Shown: in pieces, positions 1 to 8,317 of the stretch | Layout: each line of letters opens with the position of its first letter | How positions within the stretch are numbered: position 1 is the first letter of the stretch | Assembly: GCA_963842915.1 (NCBI GenBank) | Contig: CAWJII010000004.1 | Coordinates: 1-64,000 of the forward strand | Direction of reading: 5' to 3' | Source of the DNA: an uncultured delta proteobacterium | GTDB taxonomy: Bacteria; Myxococcota_A; Polyangia; Polyangiales; Houyiibacteriaceae | Length of the DNA: 64,000 bases | Translations under genes and position numbers: made by a program | Notes under the pieces: model-generated | What the model was told of the DNA's origin: nothing | Database searches by the model: none | The model's input: the letters and a program-made list of their open reading frames with translations, nothing else

Positions 1-8
1 CTGTGAGT

Positions 9-73
9 CACGCGACATAACGATTAGTTCTGCGAAATTCGGCGCTCATCGTCATCCCGATAGGCTAAGAGAG
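9..73 (+). repeat. Copy A of a ~65-nt repeated upstream element (cacgcga.ataacgattagttct.cg.aatt.ggc.ctca-N14-ggctaagagag); ends 8 nt before the ATG of the first gene
   Basis: Direct comparison with 2412..2476: about 50/65 identical, same length. The conserved 5' block is ~38 nt and the conserved 3' block is ggctaagagag (purine-rich, SD-like). Confidence 0.5.
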
Positions 74-80
74 CCTCGCC

Positions 81-734
81 ATGTTTCCTGAGGACAGACC
101 AGTGGCCGAAGATTTCGAACGCGCCGAAGTGACGATCGACGGCGAGACGAAGCCCGTTTGGCGAAGCGGCAGCGGGCCCGGCGTGATCATCATGCACGAG
201 GTGCCAGGAATCACGCCGGAAGTGGCGAGGTTCGCCCGAATTGTACGCGACCGCGGGTTCACCGTCTGCCTGCCGAAGATGTTTGGTACGGTCGATAGGC
301 CGGTGAGCGGCGGGTACGTGGTCCCTTCCTTGCTGCACTGCTGTATCTCACGCGAGTTTCAGGTTCTCGAAGCAGGAGGTTCGAGTCCCATCACCGACTG
401 GTTGCGCAAGCTGTGTCGCCAAGTGCACGAGGAGCTCGGGGGGCCTGGGGTCGGCGCCTTGGGCATGTGCATGACGGGCAACTTCGCCCTTGCACTCAGG
501 TTTACAGCCGATCCAGTCTGTACGCGGGCGCGTTTCAAGACGCTGCGCAGAGAGCTCGGCGAGGGATTCGAATCAATCGAGATTGACTCCGGGCCTGGCA
601 ATCCGTGGGGAATCAAGCGTATCGCCCACAGGGTACTCACCGAAGAGCTCGTCGACGATGATGGGCATCCGACCAAGCAGGCGCTCGATCGCGTGCTCGG
701 GTTCTTCGAAGAGCGACTTCGACGCCCTGCCTGA
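81..734 (+). CDS. dienelactone hydrolase family protein
   Basis: 217 aa; GVIIMHEVPGITPEV...GFTVCLPKMFG matches the DLH family N-terminal pattern; nucleophile-elbow-like GMCMTG present. Confidence 0.75.
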   Translation: MFPEDRPVAEDFERAEVTIDGETKPVWRSGSGPGVIIMHEVPGITPEVARFARIVRDRGFTVCLPKMFGTVDRPVSGGYVVPSLLHCCISREFQVLEAGGSSPITDWLRKLCRQVHEELGGPGVGALGMCMTGNFALALRFTADPVCTRARFKTLRRELGEGFESIEIDSGPGNPWGIKRIAHRVLTEELVDDDGHPTKQALDRVLGFFEERLRRPA

Positions 735-862
735 CTGCGGTCTCGTCCCATCCGCAGAGATCGGGCCGAGCTCGGATGGTTCTTATTTATGGATAGCATC
801 CGTTTTGTCCACTGACAGCTCGCTCGTAATCGAGGACAATGGCCGCGTGAAAGGAACGGACC

Positions 863-2203
863 ATGAGACTGCTGACGTCTAGGTTGCTCTCGCTCTTCTT
901 TGCCATTGCGTTCGGCCTCGCCACGACTTCGATGCTAGCGGCTCCGCTGCAGGCCGAAGCTGGCGCCACAGAGATCGTATTCGCGTCGGGACCGGATGGG
1001 ACCGGCACCGTGCAGCGGCTCATAGACGCATTCAACGAGTCGAACCGCGGGGCGATCCACGTGACTTGGCGCCAAATGGACAGGGAGAACAACGCCCATC
1101 GGCGACAGCTCGTCAAGGCGCTCTCCTTCAAGAAGGGTGGGATTGACCTGATAGCGACGGATGTCATTTGGACGGCTGAGTTTGCCAAGAAGAAATGGGT
1201 CGAGGACCTGACCAAGCGCTTCTACGAGGCGTACGATCGCGAGTCATTCCTTTCGTCGGCCCTCGGGTCCGCCACGTATCGTCTCCGCATCTGGGGTGTG
1301 CCCTGGTATACGGACGCAGGCTTGTTGTTCTACCGAAAGGACAAGCTCGCCAAGAGCGGGTTCAGTGCCCCGCCGGCCACATGGGAGGAGCTGGCTCGCA
1401 TGGCGCGCAAAGTCATGGAGGACACCGGCACCCGTCATGGCTTCGTCTTTCAGGGCGCGGAGTACGAAGGTGGCACGGTCAACGCTGCCGAGTTCATCTG
1501 GAGCGCGGGGGGGGAGCTCATGGTCGGCCAGGTGACCGCCACGGGAACCGTCCTTCCCGGGGTAGCCGAGACGGATGCGGTGCTGGTCGGCAGCGATGCG
1601 GCGGCGCGAGGTCTCGACATCGCGCGCAAGCTGGTGGCCGACAAAGTCTCACCCGAGGCGGTTGCAAGCTTTCGCGAAAAAGAGGCCCTCGACGCCTTTG
1701 TCTCCGGAGACGCGGTCTTCCTTCGAAGCTGGCCTTACGTCTACGCTTCGCTTCGGCAGGCAGGGTTCACGCTGGACCAGCTTGGGATCGCGCCGCTGCC
1801 CGCGGCATCCACGGGCGGTCGGAGCGCGAGCTGTCTCGGTGGCTGGAATCTGATGATCAACGCCAGCTCGAGCAAGTCCGAGCGCGACGCCGCGTGGAAG
1901 CTGATTCGCTACCTGACGAGCGCGCCTCAGCAGAAGCGCCAAGCCCGGGAGGCCGGAGTGCTGCCGATCCTCCGGGCGCTCTACGACGATGCGGACCTCG
2001 TCAAGCAAGTCCCCGTCATGGCGCTCGGCAACGAGGTCCTCACCTCCCAGTTGCATGCGCGGCCGATGTCACCGTTCTACAGCGAGGTGTCGGCAAAAGT
2101 CGCTCGCGCGTTCAACCAAACACTGAAGGGTGAGCTCACCGGAGCCGAGGCGGCGCAACGCTTGGACAAGGAGCTCCGAGCGATCGTCCGGCGTAATCGT
2201 TAG
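863..2203 (+). CDS. ABC transporter substrate-binding protein (family 1, sugar-type), orphan (no permease genes adjacent)
   Basis: 446 aa. N-terminal signal peptide (LLSLFFAIAFGLATTSMLAAPLQA). Typical SBP_bac_1 composition; WGVPWYTDAGLLFYRKD motif. Confidence 0.8.
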   Translation: MRLLTSRLLSLFFAIAFGLATTSMLAAPLQAEAGATEIVFASGPDGTGTVQRLIDAFNESNRGAIHVTWRQMDRENNAHRRQLVKALSFKKGGIDLIATDVIWTAEFAKKKWVEDLTKRFYEAYDRESFLSSALGSATYRLRIWGVPWYTDAGLLFYRKDKLAKSGFSAPPATWEELARMARKVMEDTGTRHGFVFQGAEYEGGTVNAAEFIWSAGGELMVGQVTATGTVLPGVAETDAVLVGSDAAARGLDIARKLVADKVSPEAVASFREKEALDAFVSGDAVFLRSWPYVYASLRQAGFTLDQLGIAPLPAASTGGRSASCLGGWNLMINASSSKSERDAAWKLIRYLTSAPQQKRQAREAGVLPILRALYDDADLVKQVPVMALGNEVLTSQLHARPMSPFYSEVSAKVARAFNQTLKGELTGAEAAQRLDKELRAIVRRNR

Positions 2204-2411
2204 GGCTGCGTGGATTAGGCCCAACGTACCGGCGCCGTAGAAAAAGATCCGACCGAGGTTGGCCGTCGGGAGTGGCGTTGGGAGGAGCCGGAATAGCATC
2301 GTCGACGTCGGCTGACGCGGCTCGATTCGCCTGGATCGCTCGCGGCACGGTTGCGGGCTTCGCGGGATTGGCGGCCGATAGTTGAAACAAAGGGGTCTCT
2401 GGTGCAATCCC

Positions 2412-2476
2412 CACGCGAAATAACGATTAGTTCTACGCAATTGGGCTCTCAGAATGGTCCCAAGGGGCTAAGAGAG
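2412..2476 (+). repeat. Copy B of the ~65-nt repeated element, downstream of the SBP gene, with no ORF following
   Basis: See copy A. A and B bracket the two-gene segment 81..2203. Confidence 0.5.
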
Positions 2477-2725
2477 AACCGAGCGTACATTTTCGCCTTC
2501 GAGAACCTCGTGGCCGCGCGGCGAGACAGCCGAGCCGCCCTTCTAGTTTGGGGCCGGAACATACGTCCGTCCCCTTGGACGCTCGTTCTAGTCACATCCG
2601 CAGTGTAGGCAAGTCTGCGCCTTTCCGAACGAGTCGAGCTCTCTCAGCCCACCGTGCGCTTGTCGGAGACTTCATCGGGCTAGCGCCGAGGGGCCGGTCG
2701 TTACCAGTTCGTCAGACAGGGCGCA

Positions 2726-4894
2726 TCATTCATAGCGGTTCGTCCAGATGCTCGTGCGCGTCCCGTCGAGCTGCGCCCACGCTGTCGTGACGTTCCCGTC
2801 GACGTCGACCACGACGTGGTGGCTCCCCGCATCGCCCGCACCATTGCTCACCCGCACCGCTGCACCCCACGCCCCGCTCGCTCCGATGCGTTTCGCGTAC
2901 AGGTCGCGGGCGTCGTCCACGGAGCCGCCGGGGGTCTGCTCTTGCAGCCACATGGCCGTGACGTCCCCCTGGGGATCGACCGCGATTTGCGGTGCAACGG
3001 CCTCGGTCGCCCCATCACTGATCAGCACAGCCGTGCCCCAGGAGCCATCCACGCGATAGCGGTTGGCCCAGATACCGAAGCGAAACTCCGTTCGCGTGTT
3101 CGACTCCTGCCAAACGGCCGTGAAGCTCCCATTGGGGTCGGCTGCGACTTGCGGGACGTTGGCGATTTGCGGGGTCGTCGGGGCTACCGGAACATCCGGA
3201 CTGATGCTCACCGCGTTCTCCCATGAACCTCCCGCGGGGCGCGATTGCGCGCTTGCGGAGCTCAACCAAGCGGGCACGTCGTATGGAAAATCGGCGAACA
3301 CCGCCATCACATTCCCGTCCCGGTCCACCGAGAGTCGGGGGGCTGGGTACTCTGTCCGACCCGCCAACGCCACAGGGCTCTCCCACGGCCCGCCCGCAGG
3401 ATACCGGCAGGCGAACAAGCCCAGGAAGTTCGACGCTCTTCGTTCAAGCGTCCACGTCACCGTGACGTTCCCGAAGCGGTCGACGACGACGTCGCCAATG
3501 GTCCAGACATTCGTGAAGAGACTGCCCTCGCTAATAGGAACTGCTGCGCCCCAGGGCCCCCCGGGCGAATAGTGGTTCGCAATGATTCCCCAGCGCAAAG
3601 GCCCCCCAGCATACAATACCTCGTACTCCTGCCTCCATACTGCCGTGACGTTCCCGCTGGGGTCGACCACTACGTGTGGTCCCCCGAAGTCAACGTTGCC
3701 CACGAGCCCATCATTGAGGGACACCGGCGTGCCCCACGGCCCGCCCGCCGAACAGCGCGTCGCGTAGATCGTCCTGCCATACCGCCACACGACCGTCACA
3801 TTGCCGCTGGGGTCGACCGCCGCGCGAGGGGCGACTCCATCGCCGAGAGGAAGCGCCGCACCCCAGGGCCCACCGGCCACGTAGCGGTTCGCGTAGACGG
3901 TAGAGCCAACGCCGTTGGACTGCTGCCACACGACCGTGACTTTGCCCTTGGGGTCGACCAGGACTTGGTGGCTCCTCGCATCGCCCGTGCCATCACTGAC
4001 GCGCACGGGGGCGCCCCACGGTCCATTCCTCGTGTAGCGGTTCGCGTAGAGGTGCGTGCGGCTGCCATCGAACTGCTGCCACACCGCCGTGACGTTGCCG
4101 CTGGGGTCGACCGCCAGCAGCGGCTGTGACGCATCGCCCGCATCGTCGGTTTCGATGAGGACGGGCGTACCCCAAGCCGGCTCCGCGCCGCCGGCGTCGA
4201 CACAGCGAACATCGACCGTCCAGTTGTCGATGCAGTGCTCGAAATCGTCATCGGAGACTCCGATGGTGATCGTCTCGGCCGCGGCCTCCCCGCACGTGAA
4301 GCTCGTCTCCGCATCGCTAGGGTCCGCAAAGGAGCCGCCGGTGGCGTTCCATCGATACGCGACCGTGTCGCCGTCTGTGTCCCTGCCGCTGGCCTGCACC
4401 TCGATCGCAGCGCCCTCGGTGGTTTGAAGCGGCGCGACGACCACTTTGTCGAGCTCGGCACAGACGTTGAGCGTTCCGTCGACGCGCACCGCACCAAAGA
4501 CCGGAGGAGCTTTACAGTGAAGCATCGCCATCACCCCGGTCACCCGGCCCGCCTCCACCGCAAACTCCGCCCCGCCTTCGCACGAGGTCTCCCCACCAAG
4601 CGACGCCGCAGACATCGTGACCCGATACCCATCGTCAGCCGCAAGCCCAAAGAGCTCGACCGACGCCGTCGCGCCCGCTGCGCTCGTGTCGATGACCCCG
4701 CCCATCGGAGACATCGTGGCGCTCGTGATCTCGTAACGGACCTCGTCGATTTGCACGCCGCTCGAAAGCTCGAGACTCAGCCGAAGCCCGCCCGTCGAAT
4801 CCGAGCGTTCGGCATCGCCGCCACAGCTCACCGCGAGCGCACCCACCACGACAACGACACCAAGCCAACCAACACTATGAAATAGAGGCACCAT
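2726..4894 (-). CDS. secreted lipoprotein with Ig-like N-terminal region and ~12 tandem ~45-aa beta-propeller-type repeats (SBBP-like)
   Basis: 722 aa. Lipobox (LAVSCGG). Repeated unit YANRY..GPWG.PV.vS.G.....P.vaVDPsGNVTvVWqQ.dG. Frame is coherent over 2.1 kb. Confidence 0.7.
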   Translation of the reverse strand: MVPLFHSVGWLGVVVVVGALAVSCGGDAERSDSTGGLRLSLELSSGVQIDEVRYEITSATMSPMGGVIDTSAAGATASVELFGLAADDGYRVTMSAASLGGETSCEGGAEFAVEAGRVTGVMAMLHCKAPPVFGAVRVDGTLNVCAELDKVVVAPLQTTEGAAIEVQASGRDTDGDTVAYRWNATGGSFADPSDAETSFTCGEAAAETITIGVSDDDFEHCIDNWTVDVRCVDAGGAEPAWGTPVLIETDDAGDASQPLLAVDPSGNVTAVWQQFDGSRTHLYANRYTRNGPWGAPVRVSDGTGDARSHQVLVDPKGKVTVVWQQSNGVGSTVYANRYVAGGPWGAALPLGDGVAPRAAVDPSGNVTVVWRYGRTIYATRCSAGGPWGTPVSLNDGLVGNVDFGGPHVVVDPSGNVTAVWRQEYEVLYAGGPLRWGIIANHYSPGGPWGAAVPISEGSLFTNVWTIGDVVVDRFGNVTVTWTLERRASNFLGLFACRYPAGGPWESPVALAGRTEYPAPRLSVDRDGNVMAVFADFPYDVPAWLSSASAQSRPAGGSWENAVSISPDVPVAPTTPQIANVPQVAADPNGSFTAVWQESNTRTEFRFGIWANRYRVDGSWGTAVLISDGATEAVAPQIAVDPQGDVTAMWLQEQTPGGSVDDARDLYAKRIGASGAWGAAVRVSNGAGDAGSHHVVVDVDGNVTTAWAQLDGTRTSIWTNRYE

Positions 4895-4985
4895 CGAAAA
4901 TGACTACATCGAGTCAGCACATCGAATCAAGCCCAAACCCCCAAAATGCCGCGACCCAACCGTGCTCTGCCGGATCCCCACAAAG

Positions 4986-5750
4986 TTATGCGATGAGAAG
5001 TCGCTGATGCTGTTGGCGAAAGAGGGATTGGGCTTGGCGGAGCCGACTGAAGGAGACGGGAATGGGGATCTTGTGCTCGAGGATGAGGAGTCCGACGACG
5101 GTTACGGAGAAAGCTCTTCGGGTTTTGACGGTGTTGGCTTGCAGTGGCTTGGCCGCTCCTGCTTGTTCACCGAGACATCCGAGCAAGGACGCAGCCCACA
5201 AGGCCAGAGCGACCAAGAGCAGCAAGACGTGCAGGCGCTCGGTCTGGCGCACCGACACATGACCGAGCCCGAGTCCGAAGCGCAGATTCTTCCCGTCTCG
5301 AAAGGCCTGTTCGCAGCGCATGCGACTCGCGTAGATTCGCGAGATGCATGGCGCGCTGAGCTCGTGGACGGAGCACGCCAGCACCCACTGCCTAACCGGG
5401 GCACCGGGGAGCACGTGGTCGATGAGATGCGCCGCACGCTCGACCATGCGACGCCCTCCGCAGCTCGGGCAAAAGCCTCGGCCTTTGCACGAAAACGCAA
5501 CCAACCGATCGGTGCCGCAGCCCGTACACGAAAGCCGGGCAAAGCCATGCGCGAGGATGCCGCAGCGAACGAATCGCTGAAACTCGCGCTTCACGAACAA
5601 AGGAGCGCCGCGCTGGTCGCCCTGCCGGTCGAGCTCCCCAAGGAAGGTCCGCAGGTGCTCGACGACGACGCGGTGGAGCACCCCATGCTCCGGCGCACGA
5701 CGCACGTAGGATCGAGAAATCGCCTCGCTCGCCGCGGCGTGAAACTCCAC
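4986..5750 (-). pseudogene. IS91-family transposase, N-terminal remnant (zinc-binding domain intact, HUH catalytic domain absent or decayed)
   Basis: Residues FQRFVRCGILAHGFARLSCTGCGTDRLVAFSCKGRGFCPSCGGRRMVERAAHLIDHVLPGAPVRQWVL closely match the IS91 TnpA N-terminus (…KLVAFSCKRRGFCPSCGARRM…HLVDHVLPhVPVRQWVL). Similarity is lost after ~130 aa, and the ORF is 254 aa against ~400 aa for intact TnpA. Confidence 0.65.
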
Positions 5751-6281
5751 GACTACGGAACACCATCAAGACTCGTGCCGTTGTCAGCCAAGGGGATTCC
5801 GGCGTGTTTGTGACGAGTATCGCGTATGGAAGTAGCGAGACGCTGGCGTCGCGCCGGCGGCCGCCAGCCGGAAGCCCCTGGGTCGGTTGCCTCAGGTGAA
5901 CGAGCGCAAGGGCAATCAGCTCCGTCGCTCCTGTGCTTCTGCGACGTGTTCGGTTGCGTCGTCGTCGGCGCTAAGCACCATCGAAGCAAGCTCCAACGCT
6001 TTGCGGACGGCAAACTCAGGAGAGACGTCATGCAAGAGCTCTTGGGCGACCTGGAATGTCGGCATCTCGATGACCGCTCTTGCAAAGTCGTGAACCCGCG
6101 CGATCGACACGTCGCCACCGTGAGCTACGGCGCGGAGCAGATCGCGTGCGCGATTCTTCAGCACTGGTGAGAAATCGGGCCTTCCGAGGGTGTTCTCGGG
6201 CGTTCCGGACCGACTTGCACCCTTGAATTCGTTGGCTTTTTGATCTTCAACGTCTGCTAAGGATCTAGTGAGGTAACACTC

Positions 6282-6312
6282 GTGGAGGTTCGAGTCCTCT
6301 CTTCCGCACCGG
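6282..6312 (+). other. tRNA 3'-end mimic: T-stem/loop (GGAGG-TTCGAGT-CCTCT), 7-nt acceptor 3' strand (CTTCCGC) and ACC; no matching 5' half within 300 bp
   Basis: Read directly. The 5' acceptor strand GCGGAAG is absent upstream and no D or anticodon arm can be folded, so this is not a tRNA gene. Confidence 0.5.
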
Positions 6313-6396
6313 GTTCTCTGTAAACATTTCATACGTATCTACGAGGACTCGACCTACGGTGTACTCGGCCCCTGTTAGGGGCCTGCGTATTGCACC
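6291..6396 (+). repeat. 106-bp repeat, copy 1 (starts inside the tRNA-like acceptor strand; contains a 9-bp-stem hairpin cgagtcctc…gaggactcg and a GC hairpin ggcccctgttaggggcc)
   Basis: Identical to 6457..6562 except for one a/g difference; period 166 bp. Confidence 0.8.
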
Positions 6397-6456
6397 TGGA
6401 ATCCGGCAGCTCCGTGGACTGTGTCCACTCCGACTTTGCCGCATTCCAGTCACACA

Positions 6457-6562
6457 CGAGTCCTCTCTTCCGCACCGGGTTCTCTGTAAACGTTTCATAC
6501 GTATCTACGAGGACTCGACCTACGGTGTACTCGGCCCCTGTTAGGGGCCTGCGTATTGCACC
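6457..6562 (+). repeat. 106-bp repeat, copy 2
   Basis: See copy 1. The 60-bp spacers after each copy are only loosely similar. Confidence 0.8.
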
Positions 6563-6619
6563 GGGAGCCGGGCTCAAGGAACTGCACGCGCTGTGGCAGA
6601 AGATCCCAGCGATGGCTGC

Positions 6620-6665
6620 TTGACAGATTGTACATACATCTTAAGAAAGATGTATGTACAATCTC
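6620..6665 (+). promoter_or_regulatory. TTGACA hexamer followed by a perfect inverted repeat agattgtacatacatctt-aaga-aagatgtatgtacaatct (18-bp arms) that contains the ATG of ORF 6654
   Basis: Read directly; AT-rich in a ~69% GC background. A 17-bp spacing after TTGACA gives a weak -10 (taagaa), so the transcript would be leaderless or near-leaderless. Confidence 0.6.
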
Positions 6666-7136
6666 CCTGAGCTCTTTCTCGCCCTCGACCAATGGGTGGC
6701 CAAGGAGAACGTCCGGGCTCGGACCGATGGGATGCTTCCGCACAAGAAGTGCACCATTCGCGTGCTCGGGCAGGCCGCTCTGTGGGTCGGCAAGCCCGAT
6801 CTCACCCTGACTGCCACCCAAGACCTCGATGCGTACGCAGATTTCGAGTGGGCGGTTCAGCGGGAGCTGGAGCGGCTGCTGGCCAAAGAGGGGAAGGTTC
6901 TCGATCCACATGGACACGAGGTGTGGATGCCGCGCGAGACGCGGTACGATCCGCTCTACAAGGGCACTCACGTCGAAGCATTCGTCGCCGACCCCGATGC
7001 CGTTCTGATCTCCAAGGCCTCGAAAGCGGCCGAGAAGAACAAATCCCTGATCACGGAGTACCTAGCCAAGGGTGCGAGCGAGCGCTTCTTCGAGCTCGCG
7101 CAGAAGTACGACGTGGACTTGGAGCAGTTTGTATGA
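6654..7136 (+). CDS. hypothetical protein, gene A of an overlapping pair (weak minimal-nucleotidyltransferase-like pattern; function unknown)
   Basis: 160 aa, non-repetitive, sensible composition. Possible G…DLD…D.D spacing (LGQAALWVGKPDLTLTATQDLDAY … FVADPD). Stop overlaps the next start (ATGA). Confidence 0.5.
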   Translation: MYNLPELFLALDQWVAKENVRARTDGMLPHKKCTIRVLGQAALWVGKPDLTLTATQDLDAYADFEWAVQRELERLLAKEGKVLDPHGHEVWMPRETRYDPLYKGTHVEAFVADPDAVLISKASKAAEKNKSLITEYLAKGASERFFELAQKYDVDLEQFV

Positions 7137-7669
7137 CGCGGGCCCAAGAGGAGCTGGGGGCGAGGGCGCGCAAACGGTATACGGCGCTACGACGCAAGCA
7201 TCGAGATCCCCGTTTCCGAAACGTGATCGGCCGCTTTGTCAGCGAGGGCTTGCTCGAAACCAACATCGAAGGGATTCGTCCGCGCAAAGCGCCGGTGCCA
7301 CTCGACGATGCGTTGTGGGCCGGCACCGTGGAGCCGCGCATCATGGAGCTGCTTCCAGCCGTGCTGGTCAAGAAGCCGAGCCTGCTTCGGTTGCCGCGGG
7401 ATCTTCCCGATGACGTCATCGCGGTGATGCACGCGATCCGCCATGGAAAAGCGGTGCCGAACTTTCGAGGCGTGCCGCCCGAACAATACATGCCCTGGGT
7501 TACCGAAGTCGGTCGACGCGGCAAGTCGCCGTCCGTGCTGAAGAGCTTTCGCTTTCGACATGAAGACGTTCTTCGCCTGGCAAGGCTTCGCACCAACCTG
7601 CCGGCACGCTCCGACACCGACGTGATTCGAATGGCTCTCGAAGCACTCGAAGCCTCGGAGCGTGGATAG
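7133..7669 (+). CDS. hypothetical protein, gene B of the overlapping pair (basic; C-terminal DVIRMALEALE, possibly ribbon-helix-helix-like)
   Basis: 178 aa from the ATG at 7133, which overlaps the gene A stop. The longer track ORF 6692..7669 is the same frame extended upstream through an Arg-rich artefact. Confidence 0.5.
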   Translation: MTRAQEELGARARKRYTALRRKHRDPRFRNVIGRFVSEGLLETNIEGIRPRKAPVPLDDALWAGTVEPRIMELLPAVLVKKPSLLRLPRDLPDDVIAVMHAIRHGKAVPNFRGVPPEQYMPWVTEVGRRGKSPSVLKSFRFRHEDVLRLARLRTNLPARSDTDVIRMALEALEASERG

Positions 7670-7878
7670 GAGAATTGCTTGGCAAACCCAACGGGTCGGA
7701 CAAAAAAAGGAAATTTCGACCACTGGGGACGAGATTCGCATAATTCACGACGTTTCTTACCAAATCCGGCCCATTGGAAGCTCTCCAGAAGCTCGGCTGG
7801 TGCTGGCGGTCGCGCTGGTTGTGCTGAGCCTGCACATCTGGGCGCGGTTCTCTGCCGGCATGTTCCTCGAGTGCCGCT

Positions 7879-8247
7879 CTAGGCCTCGTGAAAGCCGCGC
7901 TGGCAGTCGACGCAAAACGGCGCCTCGGGCTTCGCAGTCAGGCGACGGAAGCCAATCGGCTCTTCGCATTTTCGGCAAAGGCCGTATTCGTCGCGCTCGA
8001 ACGCGGACAGCGCTCGCTTGCACTGGCCGAGCCGGAGCTGGGCCTTGTGACGCGTCGCTTTTGCCATGGCTTGCTGCTGCATCGCGTCCATCCGCGAGAG
8101 ACGGCCGACCGAACTCTGGTCGAGCGCCACGGGCGCAGCCGAGCTCGCGTTGGCCCGAAGCGCGGTCTCGAGCTCGGCAATGAGCGCAACGAGCTGCAGC
8201 CGCAATGCTTCGGCCTGTTCGGCTGAGAGCTCTTCCATCTCCATCAC
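7879..8247 (-). CDS. TraR/DksA family C4-type zinc-finger protein
   Basis: 122 aa. N-terminal coiled coil. [26 protein letters not shown] is the classic four-Cys motif. Confidence 0.85.
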   Translation of the reverse strand: MMEMEELSAEQAEALRLQLVALIAELETALRANASSAAPVALDQSSVGRLSRMDAMQQQAMAKATRHKAQLRLGQCKRALSAFERDEYGLCRKCEEPIGFRRLTAKPEAPFCVDCQRGFHEA

Positions 8248-8317
8248 GTCGACTCTAACAGACTTGATGCGGCTCTATCGCCCTGACCGAACGAACACCA
8301 GTGGTTGATGGCGTGGT

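Noticed and set aside
1195-2133. 312-aa plus-strand ORF inside the SBP gene (also 3245..4129, 3796..4497, 46515..47888, 60386..61192, 23150..23962)
   Set aside because: Alternative-frame or antisense ORFs with extreme Arg/Pro/Gly bias. Each overlaps a gene with clear family signatures.
2351-2608. 85-aa ORF following repeat copy B
   Set aside because: No RBS and poor composition. More likely non-coding remnant DNA after the repeated element.
5830-6312. tmRNA (ssrA) ending in the tRNA-like T-arm/acceptor sequence
   Set aside because: No 5' acceptor strand complementary to CTTCCGC. No recognisable tag reading frame (resume codon plus …ALAA-stop). No pseudoknot-like GC blocks.
5916-6332. 138-aa minus-strand ORF across the tRNA-like repeat region
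   Set aside because: Its N-terminal third is a translation of the repeat DNA. Only a ~50-80-aa C-terminal part (…RAVAHGGDVSIARVHDFARAVIEMPTFQVAQELL…) could be real, with no recognisable family. Left unannotated as a possible small ORF.
6291-6562. CRISPR array
   Set aside because: Only two copies. The repeat is 106 bp with ~60-bp spacers, far outside CRISPR geometry. No cas genes nearby.
6692-7132. Upstream extension of the gene B frame (track ORF 6692..7669, 325 aa)
   Set aside because: The extension overlaps gene A in another frame and translates to an Arg/Gly-rich artefact. The ATG at 7133 overlapping gene A's stop is the sensible start.
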